Assembly: GCF_004010195.1 (NCBI RefSeq)
Contig: NC_057720.1
Coordinates: 28,275,772-28,339,771 of the forward strand
Direction of reading: 5' to 3'
Length of the DNA: 64,000 nucleotides
Source: Chiloscyllium plagiosum
Lineage: Eukaryota
Shown here: piece after piece, positions 1 to 12,720 of the stretch
Position numbering within the stretch: the first letter of the stretch is position 1
Layout of the letters: the number at the start of each line of letters is the position of its first letter
Program-made: the position numbers and the translations under genes
Notes under the pieces: model-generated
The model's database searches: none
What the model saw: only the letters and a program-made list of their open reading frames with translations
What the model was told of the DNA's origin: nothing

Positions 1-550
1 CTGGGAGCCGGGAGCTGGTGTAGGTGTAGAGCTGGGAGTGGGGTCGGAGCCAGTACCTGGAGTGGGTGTGATGGTGGGGGGAATGGGGGTAGAGTCATGA
101 GTAGGGGTAGTGTTCCCCTTGGGGTTCTGGGGGGTGGGGATAGTGACAGTGGGGTCTGTGGGGGGCGTGTCAGCAGAATGCAGGTGAGTGGCGCTGGTGG
201 GGGCGGAAGTGGTGGTGACCACGGCAGTGGGGGTGGCTGAAGTCACTGAACATGTGGCATCAGCGATGATGTGAGGGGCGGAAGTGATGTCACGTGTGAT
301 GCATGAGGAATTGTGAGGGTTGGAAGTGGTTGTGGGAGTGGCCATGATGGGGGCGGAAGTGACATCATCAATCAGCGTGGGGGGGTGGCAGCTACACCAG
401 CCGCATGGCTCATGGCGTTTGAGTAGTTTCCGAGGCCAGGGGAATCTTCTGGAATGTTTGAGGAGCGCTGGTTATGGAGGTGGGTAGATAAAAGTTTGTT
501 GTACTTACAGTTTTTGATGTTTGAGATGGAATTGAAATACAGTTTGTTGA
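1..550 (-). mobile_element. Penelope-like element family A, 5' part of ORF (Thr/Pro/Ser-rich region); continues off the left edge
   Basis: The reverse complement of 1-197 matches 48826-49022, which lies upstream of the RT of the PLE at 47517-51208. The right boundary is approximate. Confidence 0.75.
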
Positions 551-840
551 GAGTATGAATTCTCCTGAGGATGTAGTACAGAGTGGGTCCTTTGCAACTT
601 TATGCACCATGAAGAACCAACCGTCTTGAACTTCAATATTGCAAAAGTATTTGAACCTCAAAGAACTACAATAGATTGTGCTCCAACATCAATCTTTCTG
701 TAACACCTTAGAAAAGGTTTATTGATCGGCACCGCGTAAGAGCACTTTTGAGGTCGGTTGCACCCTACTAGCAGTTTCATTGGTACGTCTGGTATTTCTA
801 GAGTTATTTTTGAATGTTTCATTCTCAGCACAACAATAAG

Positions 841-1120
841 GGGCGGCATGGTGGCACTGCTGCCTCACAGCGCCTGAGACCCGGGTTCAATTCCCGCCTC
901 AGGCGACTGACTGTGTGGAGTTTGCACATTCTCCCCGTGTCTGCGTGGGTTTCCTCCGGGTGCTCCGGTTTCCTCCCACAATCCAAAAGATGTGCAAGTC
1001 AGGTGAATTGGCCATGCTAAATTGCCCGTAGTGTTAGGTTATGGGTGGGTTGCGCTTCGGCAGGTCGGTGTGGACTTGTTGGGCCGAAGGGCCTGTTTCC
1101 ACACTGTAATGTAATCTGAT
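841..1120 (+). mobile_element. HE1-like tRNA-derived V-SINE with small internal deletions
   Basis: tRNA-like head with gggttcaattccc B box, central ctccccgtgtctgcgtgggtttcctccggg...tttcctcccaca domain, and tail gggccgaagggcctgtttccacactgta. Confidence 0.85.
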
Positions 1121-1847
1121 CAATAACAAAAGGATGACAGAAGTAATTAATTATTTTGTCATCTTTAATTCAAAGTTTATTTAAAATGATTACTGATTAC
1201 AAGCAGGAAACTTGAGCTGTCCAAAATTAAAAATGGAATTAAGAAAAGACATATATGATTCCCAAAAAGGACAGAAGTATTGTTTTTAAACAGGATTTTA
1301 GCAAATTTAAACAGTACATTGACCAAGCTGTACTGATTTCTGGCTTCGGAAAATGTAGCTCCATTTTGAAAATTTCTGAGCTTCCCAGTATCTTTGGAGC
1401 ATGCTAAAATTATTTTTTCTATTTTTCATCTTATGCTGGGTTCTACAGTATTCAAATGGAGACACTGGCAAATGTGCCAGATCATTCTGTCAGCACTGCG
1501 CTGTCAAGAGGAACAGCCCATTGTTACCCCAGTTGTAAACTAGAACAATTCACATCTTTGTATTTACAGTATTGTCTCCGGTTTCCTCTGGTCAGTGCAT
1601 TCAAGTAAAATTGTGCAATATACTGGTGTAGCACAGGAAACATCTGTAGTTATCACTTTCAATGAAGAGCAAAATGGATCATCACACAATAGCAATTACT
1701 TGTCCTATTCTACCAGGTGCTGACAGTATTTCCTGAATGGGCTCTTAATCAATAACTAAACAATGCAATTACATTATAGAACTGAGTCACACTATTATAA
1801 TGCCTTTTACACCTCTAACATCATGAACTTGGATTCTATTCAAAGCA

Positions 1848-4060
1848 GGTGAAAGTGAGGACTGCTGGAGATTAGAGTTGACAATGTGGTGCTGGAAAAG
1901 CGCAGCAGGTCAGGCAGCGCCTGAGGAGCAGGAGAATTGATGCTTCGGGCAACAGCCCTTCATTAGGGATGAGGCTGTGAGCCGGTGGGGTGGTGAGACA
2001 AATGGGAGGAGAGTGGGGCTCGGGGGAAGGTAGCTAAGAGTGCAATAGGTTGTTGGAGGTAGGGGTGAAGGTGATAGGTCGGAAAGGAGGGTGGAGCAGA
2101 TCGGTGGGAAGGAAGATGCACATGTAGGACAGGTCATGAGGGCGGTGCTGAGTTGGAAGGTTGGAAGTGGAATAAGGTGAGGCGAGGGGCAATGAGGAAA
2201 CTGGTGAAATCCAAATTGATGCAGTGGGGTTGGAGGGTCCTGAGGCAGAAGATAAGGTGTTCTTCCTCCAGGAGTCAAGTGGTTAGGGAGTGGCGATGGA
2301 GGAGGCCCAGGACCTGCATGTCCTTGCTGGAGTAGGAAGGGGAGTTGAAGTGTTCAGCCACAGCCGGTGAGGTTGATTGGTGTGGGTGTCCTGGAGATGT
2401 TCTCTGAAGCACTCTATGAGTAGACATCCTGTTTCCCCAATGTAGAGAAGACCACATCGGGAGCAATGGATACAGTGGAAGTGCAGGTGAAACTTTGGAT
2501 GTGGCAGGCTCCTTTGGGGCCCTGGACAAAGGTGAGGGGGAGGAATGGGCGCAGGCTTTGCAATTCCTGCAGTGGCAGGAGAAGGTGCAAGGAGAGGAGG
2601 GAGGAATGTGGACCTGATGAGGGAGTCATGGAGGGAACCGTCTTTGTGGAAAAGTGGATAGGGGTGGGGAGGGAAATATATCTCCTGGTGGTGGGGTCCG
2701 TTTGTAGGTGGCAGAAATGGCGGAGGATGATGCAATGTATACAGAGGTTGGAGGGGTAGAAGGTGAGGACCGAGGGTTCTGTCCTTAATGCCGTTGGAGA
2801 TGGTGGAGTTCGAGGGTGGAGGTGCAAGAAGTTGATGAGATGTGCTGGAGGGCATCTTTGACCACATGGGAGGGGAAATTGCAGTCTTTAAAGAAGGAGG
2901 CCATTGGTGTGTTCTGTGGTGGAATTGGTCCTCCCTGGAGCAGCTGCAATGGATGTAGAGGAATTGGGAATAAGGGACAGCGTTTGTACAGGAGGCAGGG
3001 TGAGAGGTGGTGTAGTCCAGATAGCTATGAGAGTTGGTGGGTTTGTAGAAGATGTCGTCAGTGTTGAGTTGGTCACCGTTGATGGAGATGGAGAGGTTCA
3101 GGAAGTGGGGGGAGGTGTCTGAGATGGTCCAGGTGAATTTAAGGTTGGAATGGAATGTGTTAGTGAAGTTGATGAACTGTTCAACCTCCTCATGGGAGCA
3201 TGAAGTAGCGCCAATGCAGCCATCAATGTAGCGGAGGAAAAGGTGGGGAGTGGTGCCGGTGTAACTACGGAAGATGGACTGTTCCACATAACCGACAAAA
3301 AGACAGGCATAGCTGGGGTCCATGCTGGTGCCCATGGCTACCCCTTTTGTCTGGAGGAAGTGGGAGGATTAAAAGGAGAAATTATTGAGGATGAAAACTC
3401 GTTCAACCAAACGAATGAAAGTGTCAGTGGAAGTGTACTGGTTGGAAGAGGAAGAAACGCAGGGCTTGGAGACCCTTTTCATGGCGGATGGAGGTATATA
3501 GGGACTAAATGTCCATGGTGACGTTGAGGTGTTGGGGGCCAAGGAAACAAAAGTCTTGGAGGTGAAGGAGGGCATGGGTGGTGTACCGAACATATGTCTG
3601 GAGTTTCTGGACCAGGGCAATATCAAGGTATGTGGAGATGAGTTTGGTGGGGCAGGAGCAGGCCAAGACAATGGCTCGGCTGGGTTAGTCAGGCTTGTGG
3701 ATCTTGTGTAGGAGGTAGAATCGGGCGGTGCAAGGTTCCCGAACTAAGGGTGGGAGATCCCCTGAGGTGATGAGGTTGTTTACGATCTGGGAGATGATGG
3801 GAGGTGAGGTCGTGAACAAGGGGGCAATAGGAGGAGGTTTCTTCAAGTTGGCGTCTGGCTTCAGCGGAGTAGGGGTCAGTGTGCCAAACAAATACCGTCC
3901 CCTCCACCTTGTCCGCTGGTTTGATGGTGAGTTTGGGGTTGGAGCGGAAGGAGTGGAGGGCTGTGCATTGTGAGAGTGAGAGGTTGGAGTAGGTGACAGG
4001 TTGAGGCGGTCAGTGTTCCAGCGGCGCTGCCGAGTTGGAAGGTTGCGACTGGGTTAAGGT
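1848..4060 (-). mobile_element. Penelope-like retroelement family A, degenerate (RT + GIY-YIG + terminal repeat)
   Basis: ORF 2283..3335 contains MGTSMDPSYACLFVGYVEQ..FLRYIDGC (RT, YIDD decayed) and CSRCGLLYIGETG (GIY-YIG). The terminal repeat at 1848-2000 is shared with other copies. Confidence 0.9.
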
Positions 4061-4669
4061 GGGGTACCCCTGGGCAAATTGCAGAAACCCCTCTCTTATC
4101 TGAAAAATGCCTTAGATCAATTTCAATTAAACCTGACTAGTTGATCTGTTGACTTTAGACTCTACTGAAAATGCTGATGTTCATATTGACAGGCACTTAA
4201 GAAGATTTGAAGACCTAAAAATGTGTAAATGTCAGTTCTTCCTTTTAAAAAAACTATTGATGTCTTTTTATTTCCCTATAATTGGTGCTTTTTATTATGT
4301 TCGAACAGGGATTTTGATTATCAGTGAGGAAATACTGTATTTCCATGAAGTCTTTTTTATTAATGGGCTACAATGGGAGACTGTTACACTCAGAATGTTC
4401 AGTGCATCATTACAAATAAGCAGAAGCTGATTAGCAAGATCAGCAAGATTTAATTTACACAATGCTTCAGATATCACATATTGCAAATTGCACAGACCTT
4501 TTTTTAATCTGTGACATCACTCACCTTAGTCTCTCAACCCTGGAAATGTCATCTCAGACAATCTGAGCCATGTCAACCATGGCATCCCAGTGCTTTCTTT
4601 AAATTTCAGCTTGACCATAATTCTGCTTCCTTTTTCATTTTTTGTCTTTCTTTAGCCATCTCAAAAGGA

Positions 4670-4900
4670 TTTTTTTTAAAAACTTATTTGTTCAAGGGAA
4701 TGTGTGTATCACTGGCTAAGCCAGCATTTATTGCCTGTTCCTAATTGCTCTGCAGAAGGTGGCGGTGAGCTGTCTTCTCAGACTGCTGCTGTCCTTAGAG
4801 TGTAGGAACATCCATGGTGCTATTAGGAAGAGAATTCTAGGATTCTAGCAACTATGAAGAAATGGTGAAATCGTCCCAAATCAAATCAGAATGACTTGAA
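4670..4900 (-). mobile_element. Old LINE 3'-end fragment
   Basis: The reverse complement ends ...gcaattaggaacaggcaataaatgctggcttagccag...A-rich, related to the tail of the SINE at 28660-28932. Confidence 0.45.
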
Positions 4901-5240
4901 AGAAAACTTGCATTTGGACAAATAATCCAAAAGTAATATATCACTTGGCTGATAATTAGAAAGCTAGATGAGAATATCGACAGTAAGATATAGAACCAAG
5001 ATTAACCCAATCGGCCCATTGAGTCTTCTCTGTCGTTTGATCATGACTGATATATTTGTCAACCCTATTTCTTCAGCCCATAACCCTTGTTCCCCTGACT
5101 TAAGCAACTGTTGAAGTCTTCTTAGATCTGAATAATTGGTGCTTTTTATCATGTTTGAAGAAGAATTTTGATTGTCCTGATTTCCACCAAGTCTTTTTTA
5201 GTAACAAGCTATAATAGGAGACTGTTACTCTCAAAATAGT

Positions 5241-5572
5241 GGGCGGCACGGTGGCACAGTGGTTAGCACTGCTGCCTCACAGCGCCAGAGACCCGGGTTC
5301 AATTCCCGACTCAGGCGACTGACTGTGTGGAGTTTGCACGTTCTCCCCGTGTCTGCGTGGGTTTCCTCCGAGTGCTCCGGTTTCCTCCCACAATCCAAAA
5401 ATGTGCGGGTCAGGTGAATTGGCCATGCTAAATTGCCCGTAGTGTTAGGTTAAAGGGGTAAATGTAGGGGTATGGGTGGGTTCGCTCCGGTGGGTTGCGC
5501 TTCGGCGGGTCGGTGTGGACTTGTTGGGCCGAAGGGCCTGTTTCCACACTGTAAGTAATCTAATCTAATCTA
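5241..5572 (+). mobile_element. HE1-like SINE, full length, young
   Basis: A box tggcacagtgg, B box ggttcaattcc, V domain and (taatc)n tail. Flanked by aaaata at 5233-5238 and 5572-5577. Confidence 0.92.
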
Positions 5573-6295
5573 AAATATTCAGTCGGTCATTACAAAGAAG
5601 CAGAACCTGGCATGCTGGCTCTGTGGTTAGCACTGCTGCCTCAAAGCACCAGGGACCTGGGTTTGATTCTATCCACCTAGGATATGTGGATTAGCTACAA
5701 TTTATGCAGGATTAAACGGGATAGGATAGGGGGATGGGTCTGGGTGGGATGTTCTTCCAAGGGTCAGTATGGACTTGATGGGCTGAATGGCCTGCTTCCA
5801 CTATGTATGGGTTCTATGATTCTAATCAAGAACCTGTCTGTCTCTGTCTTAAATGCACTGAATGACCTGGCCTTCACAGCCTTCTGTGGCAATGAGTTCC
5901 ACAGACTCGGTATCCTTTGGCTGAAGAAACTCCCCCTCTTCTCAGTCCTAAAGGGTTTGAGGCTGTACCCGTGCATCCTCTGTTCTCTTACCAGTGGAAA
6001 CATCTCTCTCTGTATTTAAGTTTTGAGTAGGGAACAAAGAGATTCCACAAGATATAGACTCGTTAAGTGAATGAATGACAAGTTCACAGTTTGAATATAT
6101 TGTATTTGTGTGTTTGCATTTACATTGCAATTAATAAAAACAATATTTTTTTAATAGCTTGAAACTTTTAAATGTGAACATCAGAGAAATTTAGCTTTAC
6201 TCCATTGAAAATGTAGAAAATTAGTGTGCATGTGCAAAAAGCATGTAGGAAGGCTTATTAGCCTTTATTGCAGGATGGTTGGAATACAAGAACAT

Positions 6296-6610
6296 GGGTG
6301 GCACGGTGGCACAGTGGTTAGCACTGCTGCCTCACAGCGCCAGAGACCCGGGTTCAATTCCCGCCTCAGGCGACTAACTGTGTGGAGTTTGCACGTTCTC
6401 CCCGTGTCTGCGTGGGTTTCCTCCGGGTGCTCCGGTTTCCTCCCACAGTCCAAAGATGTGCAGGGCCAGGTGAATTGGCTATACTAAATTGCCCGTAGTG
6501 TTAGGTAAGGGGTAAATGTAGGGGTGTGGGTGGCTTTCGCTTCGGCGGGTCGGTGTGGACTTGTTGGGCCGAAGGGCCTGTTTCCACACTGTAAGTAATC
6601 TAATCTAATC
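6296..6610 (+). mobile_element. HE1-like SINE, full length
   Basis: Near-identical to 5241-5572, with (taatc)n tail. Confidence 0.92.
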
Positions 6611-6734
6611 AATAATAAAAAAAAAGAAATTTGTACTGTGCTTTGGTAAAACACGTGGAGTTGTGTGTGTAGTTTTAGTCTCTAGGAGGAACAATATATT
6701 TGTATTTGATATGTTGCAATGAAAGGTCACTAGG

Positions 6735-7165
6735 CCTCGGGCACTTGGGATGAGAGGCTGAGTAAATTGGGCATATACTCTTTGGAGTTTAGAAGAATGG
6801 AAGTTATTCTCTTTGAAAGTGAGATGATTTTGAACAGACTTGACAGAGTAGACACTAAGGTTGTTTGCCCTGGAGGTGAAAGTCATATATGCCGGGGCAT
6901 AACCTTAGGGTAAAAGGTTACTAATTTAGAACTGATATGAGAAAACATTTCTTCACTCAAAGGGTTTGTGAATCTTTGAAATTGTCCACCCCAGAGGGCT
7001 TTGTATGCCCTGTCATCAAATGTCATTCAAGGTTGAGATGAACAGGTTTTTGTTGTCTCATGGAATCTAGCAACATGCAGAGCATGCTGGAAAATGAGGT
7101 TAAGGCCATGATTGCTGAACACGTTGGTGCGACTGTATGTCCTCCGTCTTCTGTTTCTTATGCTC
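6735..7165 (+). mobile_element. Old CR1 LINE 3' fragment
   Basis: Decayed ORF2 C-terminus (tactctttggagtttagaaga...tttcttcactcaaaggg) followed by a CR1-like 3' UTR. Confidence 0.6.
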
Positions 7166-7807
7166 CTGAGGTTTGATGCCTGAAACTGAATAAAGTATGT
7201 AGTTGGAGCCTGACCAAAATAAACAGAAGTCGTGCAACCAAGAATGGATTAAAAGAAAATTGGTACCAAGTTTACCAGTAATTTACAATGTGGTTGGCTT
7301 CACATCAATATAGATTTATGGAGTCTATTTTAGTCTTAACAAAAATCCAAAGTGGACTGAGATTTCCTACTCCATATGAGACTCAATGTTTTGTTAGGTC
7401 TGTTCCTGATTTATTCAGTATGAATTTAAGGGCCATCAAAGGTACGATGAGTGAATATTTTAGCTTTCTCCCTCTCTTTTGAACTTAATAGAGAAATTTA
7501 AAGTTAATGCTTGGTTAATAGCATGATCCTGGATTAATATTGGCTCAAATTCCAATCAAGGTTGGAAACCCTACTGTTCAGACATTTTAAAAAAAAAATC
7601 CTACTTTTTGATCAATTCCACGATGGAATTTCCTGGACAGGACCCACGTTTCGTGAAGGGGTGGAGACCAGTGTTCAGGAATAATCACAATGGAAACTAA
7701 GTCCTCATTGGCAAATGTAAATGCTCATGTTCTGTAGTTTAAATGTCAGTTGGCAGTTTGATAGCCAAGGTGTAAAAATAAGGTAAGTGAGGTGGGTAGA
7801 ATGACAC

Positions 7808-7831
7808 GTGTGTGTGTGTGTGTGTGTGTGT
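7808..7831. repeat. (TG)n microsatellite
   Basis: About 12 uninterrupted GT/TG units. Confidence 0.9.
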
Positions 7832-8514
7832 TGGAGGGACGGTGGTTGGTGGGATATAGGATGGCAGTTTTGTGGGTGAGGGAGGTAGGATTGCAATTGG
7901 GTGTGGAGGACATAGGATAGGATTACACTTAGGTGTTGAAGAGTTAGGGTACAAAGTAGAGAAGTGGTTGGGGACAGATTGGTGAGGGGTTGAGGGGCAC
8001 TTGGGTGAGGTGTGGGGGTGGTGTGGGCAAGTGTGTTAAGAGCATAAGGCACCATGTAAGTGGTTGAACTCTTATGGTAGGTCAAGGTGTTTGTCTGAGG
8101 AAAGATGCTTTGTCTGGCAGGGTTGAGTTGTTGTCGTCGGTCCAGGGGTACTTGCTGTTGGGTCAGGAAGACGAGTGTGTCTGTTCCAGTGGGAATGGAT
8201 CGGGGTGTCAGGTATCCAAGAAAGGAGATTTGTAGTTGTTAAGATCAGTGATGAGTCAAGGGTTCACTTTAATAGTAACCAAGAAGTTACAGTAGATTTT
8301 TCATATTGTATCTTTTCCTGATAACTAATAAGCTTATTTGAGTCAAAGTCCTCTAAAGTATCTGAGGCTGGTTAACATTTTAAGAGGATTCCAGATGGAT
8401 GGTAATTTCTACGGCATGTATCAATTTCCACAAGGTCTATAGAAATGATTATTTGAATGTGGGAATTTCCGGGCCATTAGATTTGTTAAAAATTATTCCT
8501 TTGTTCTCTTTTTT

Positions 8515-9600
8515 ACAAGCACAGGAGCATGCACAGGCCATTCAGCTTATCGATACTGCTCTGCTGTTCAATTAGCATATTTCTGATCATTTACTTCAAC
8601 ACCACTTTTTCATACAATCTCCATACTCGTTGATATTATTAGTATTCAGAAATCTAGTGACTTCTGTATTGAACGCGCTCCATGATTGAGCTTTCACAGC
8701 TACCTGGAGTCATAGAAATACAAAAATTCTCCATTACAATTTTTAAAAATTCCTTCTCATGTAGTCTTAAATGGTCTACTCCTATTTCTGAGACTCCCCA
8801 GGTTCCAACTCATCAGCGAGAAGAAATATCCACATCCACCCTGTCATGCCCTGTAAGAATTTTTTAAGAGTGAAATCACCCTTTATTCTTAAAACTCAAG
8901 TGAATAAGGGCCAAGTTTTCTCAATTTCTCCTTGTAAAGCAATCTCCTTGTAAAATGTCCATCCTTAGATCAGAGGATCAAAATGTACACAATACTCCAG
9001 GAGAGGTCTCACTAAGACTGTATATAATTGCCTCAACACAGATGGGATAAAGGCCAACTTACCATTTGACTTCCTGATGGCTTGCTGCACTTGTGTGGCA
9101 ATTTGTAGTTATTCATGAGCAATAATACTCAGGTTCCTTGGACATTAGTATTTACCAATCTCTCACCATTTAAGAAATATGTTATCTTTCTGTTTTGCTT
9201 CTACCAACATAGACAAGTTCACACTTATTAATGTCATATTCTGTTTTGTATTTGTCCATTCATTTCGCCTTTCCAAGTCCCTTGAAGCCTCCTAACTGTA
9301 TCCTCACAACTCCTACTCCCACCCAGTTTTGACTCATCCGCAAATTTGGAAATATTATATTTGGTCTCCAAATCTAAATTATGTATATACATTATGTCTA
9401 GGCAATGATCCTTGCTGAAACCCAGGACTAACAATCTGCTTTCCTGAAAATGATTTGTTTATTCCTGTTTCCTGTCTTTTTAACTAATTTTCAATCCATA
9501 CTAATTTAGTATCCTCTCCCAACCAATTGCTCTAATTTGTTTTACTAGTTTCCTGCCTAGTATCTTCTCAAACCTCTACCAAATTCCAAGCTTATCACAC
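8515..9600 (-). mobile_element. Old CR1 LINE fragment
   Basis: ORF 9234..9434 contains ISKFADESKLGG, a decayed FADDTKLGG RT motif. Confidence 0.7.
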
Positions 9601-9691
9601 TCATTGATTTTCACTGATTTTTGGTTTAACAAATTCATCCAACTGAACCTTGAAGACCTTGCCAATCTGTATGTTAACTATATATCATTTG

Positions 9692-9904
9692 GGTCGAGAG
9701 TGTGGTATTGGAAAAGCACAGCAAGTCAGGCAGCATCCGAGGAGCAGGAAAATTGACATTTTGGGCATAAGCCTTCATTTCTGATGAGGGGCTTATGCCC
9801 ATCATGTCAATTCTGCTGCTCCTCGGATGCTGCCTCACCTGCTGTGCTTTTCCAACACCATACTCTCGACTCTGATCTTCAGGATCTGCAGTCTTCATTT
9901 TCTC
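9692..9904 (+). mobile_element. Miniature fold-back PLE family A derivative
   Basis: Two inverted copies of the family A terminus. TSD ctatatatcatttg (9678-9691) / ctatataccatttg (9905-9918). Confidence 0.85.
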
Positions 9905-10066
9905 CTATATACCATTTGTATTTAATTATCATTACAGTTTTTAATAAACCTGTTCAGACATGTTACAATACATCGCCTGGGCACATAGGACCTTAATCGA
10001 GACGTTCTGGCCCAAAGTGGGAAAAGTACCACTGTGCCACAAGAACTTCTTTGAGCTTTATTGTAT

Positions 10067-10279
10067 GGTCAGATGTCACACGACACCAGATTATAATCCA
10101 ACAGGTTTGTTTGAAAGTACAAGCTTTCGGAGTATACTCCTTCGTCAGGTGAAGTGACAAAGTAGCAGAACTCTGAAAGCTTGTGATTTCATGTAAACCT
10201 GTTGGATTATAACCTGGTGTTGTGTGACTTCTGACCTTGACCGCCCCAGCCCAACTCCTGCAACCACATCATGGCTACC
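10067..10279 (+). mobile_element. Miniature fold-back PLE-like element, family C
   Basis: Inverted arms gtcacacgacaccagattataatccaacaggttt / aaacctgttggattataacctggtgttgtgtgac. Perfect 13-bp TSD agctttattgtat (10054-10066, 10280-10292). Contains a hammerhead core. Confidence 0.8.
10121..10148 (-). ncRNA. Minimal hammerhead ribozyme motif
   Basis: Reverse complement reads CUGACGA-A-GGAG-UAUA-CUCC-GAAA-GCUU. Confidence 0.7.
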
Positions 10280-11714
10280 AGCTTTATTGTATCCTGTTGG
10301 AGGACAAGGGTATCTTAAAATCATAGGGATATTTTGCAATCATCTTGATCAAAGATGTTATTATATAGCTCTGGATCAGGTTGGACCTGAACCTGGGCCT
10401 CCTAACGCAGAGATAGGTACATGACCACTATGCCACACGACCCCCTCATAAAATCATAGAATGGTTTCAGCACAGAAGCAGGCCATCATTGCTAGCGTCT
10501 CTTTAATCATTTTGTTAATGTCTCTTTGTTAAATAAGAGCAGGAGTAGCCCATTTTCTCCTTCGAACCTGCTCCTTCACTCATTATGATCATGACAGATT
10601 ATCCAACTCGATAGCCTGTGCCTATTTTCACCCCATATCCTTAGAACTCACCAGCCCCAAGTCCAAATCCATCTCCTTCTTGAAATCGTACAATGTTTTG
10701 GCGTTGACAGCTTTCTAAGATAGTGAATTCCACAGGTTCACCACTCAAGTGAGCTACTTTATTCTGGATGATATTGAAATTCTTGAGTTCTATGTGTGCC
10801 ACACTTATCCAAGCCACCAGCATTTACATTTCCTCCTCAATATGCTGGAATACGATAGATAGTTTTGTTGTCCTTATCAAAGGAAAAATATAATAGCATT
10901 GGAGGCAGTCCAGTGAAAATTCAATAGGCTGATTCTAAGTTTGGAAGAACTGTCTTAACAGGAGAGGTTGAGTAGCTTGGGCCTATACCTATTGGAATAT
11001 AGAAGAATGAGATGTAACTTTATTGAAACATTCCAAATTTTAACATGGTAGATGTGGAAAGGTTTCCTCATGTGGGTGAGTCTGGGACCAGACAGCATAA
11101 TCTCACAGTCCTTTCACAATCATGACTTGTGTCTTGCAGGGGAGTTTGGAGGTAAGTTACTTGCCACGGAACTCTTCACATTGAGAATATCCTCCGTTGT
11201 GTTGTATGGCACTTACTGTGCTAAATGGAACAGATTTTGAAAAAATCTTGCAACTCAAGGCTAGGCATCCGTGAGGTGCTATGGACCGTTAGCAGCAGAA
11301 CTGTACTTAAACACAGTTTGCAAACTTACATTCCAGAATGTGCCCCACTCCTCCATTGCTAGCAGGCCAATGGTTCATAAGGCCATAATGTGTCGGAGCA
11401 AAAGTAAGCGATTCAGATCAAGTGTGCTCCACCATTGAATGAGATCATGAATGATCTGATAATTCTCAACACCACTTTCCTGCCTTTTCTTCATTACCCT
11501 TTATTCTCTTACTAATGAAAAATCTGTCTAGCTCAACTTAGAATATATTTAATGACAGCCTCAACAGTCCTCCACTGTAAGGAATTCCATACTTTAACAA
11601 CCGTCTGAGAGAAGAAATTCCTCCTCATTCCTGTCTTAAATGGGTGACCCTTTGTTCTGAGATTATACCGTCTAGTCCAAGACTCTCCCACGTGAGGAAA
11701 TAATCATTCCACAT

Positions 11715-12720
11715 AGAGTCGTTAGAGCTGTACAGCATGGAAACAGACCCTTCAGTCCAACTTGTCCTTGCTGACCAGATATCCTGAATTAGTCTAGTCC
11801 CATTTGCCAGCACTTGGCCCATATCCCTCTAAACCCTTCCTATTCATATACCCATCTTAAATGCCTTTTAAATGTTGTAATTGTACCAGCCTCCCCCACT
11901 TCCTCTGGCAGCTCATTCCATACACGCACTACTCTCTGCATGTAAAAGTTGCCCCTTAGGTCCCTTTTAAAACTTGCCCTCTCACCCTAAAGCTATGTCC
12001 TCTAGTTATGGACTCCTCCAATCCAGGGAAAAGACCTTGTCTATTTACCTTATCCATGCCCCTCGTGGTTTTATAAAACTCTATAAGATCTTACCTAAGT
12101 CTTTGACATTCCAGGGAAAACAGCCCCAGCCCATACAGCCACTTCCAATAATTCAATCCCTCCAACCCTGGCATCACCCTTGTAAATCTTATCTGAACCC
12201 TTTCATTTTTCACAACATCTTTCCGATAGGAGGCAGACCAGAATTGCACACAATATTCCAAAAATGACCTAGCCAATGTCCTGTACAGTCGCAACATGAC
12301 CTTCCAACTCCTAGCTCAGTACTCTGGTCAATAAAGGAAAGTGTACTAAATGCCTTCTTCACTGTCCTTTCTGCCTGTGACTCCACTTTCAAGGAATTAG
12401 GAACCTGCACTCTAAGGTTTCTTTGTTCAGCAACACTCCACAGGACCTTACCATTAAATGTTAAAATCCTGCCCTTTCCAAAATGTAGCATCTCACATTT
12501 ATCTAAATTAAACTCCATCTACTACTCCTTGGCCCATTGACCCATCTGATCAAGATCCTGTTGTAATCTGAGGTAACCTTCTTCACTGTCCACAACAATT
12601 CCAATTTTGGTGTCATCTGCAAATTTACTAACTATACCTCCTATTTTCACATTCAAGTCCTTTATATAAATGACAAAAAGCATTGGACCCAATACTGATC
12701 CTTGTAGCACACCACTGATC
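11715..12720 (-). mobile_element. CR1/HER1-type LINE, 5'-truncated, inserted in an older CR1 fragment (about 11375-12950)
   Basis: ORFs 12522..12722 (GVLQGSVLGPMLF..KFADDTKIG), 12210..12518 and 12091..12297 (LEYCVQFWS). The 3' tail resembles the HE1 tail. Confidence 0.88.

Noticed and set aside
814..1020. Repeated short ORFs 'HGGTVVSTAASQRQRPGFNSRLRRL' (also at 6224 and 44431)
   Set aside because: Chance translations of SINE copies.
5241..5320. tRNA gene candidates at SINE heads
   Set aside because: The A and B boxes belong to HE1-like SINEs and continue into the V domain and LINE-like tail.
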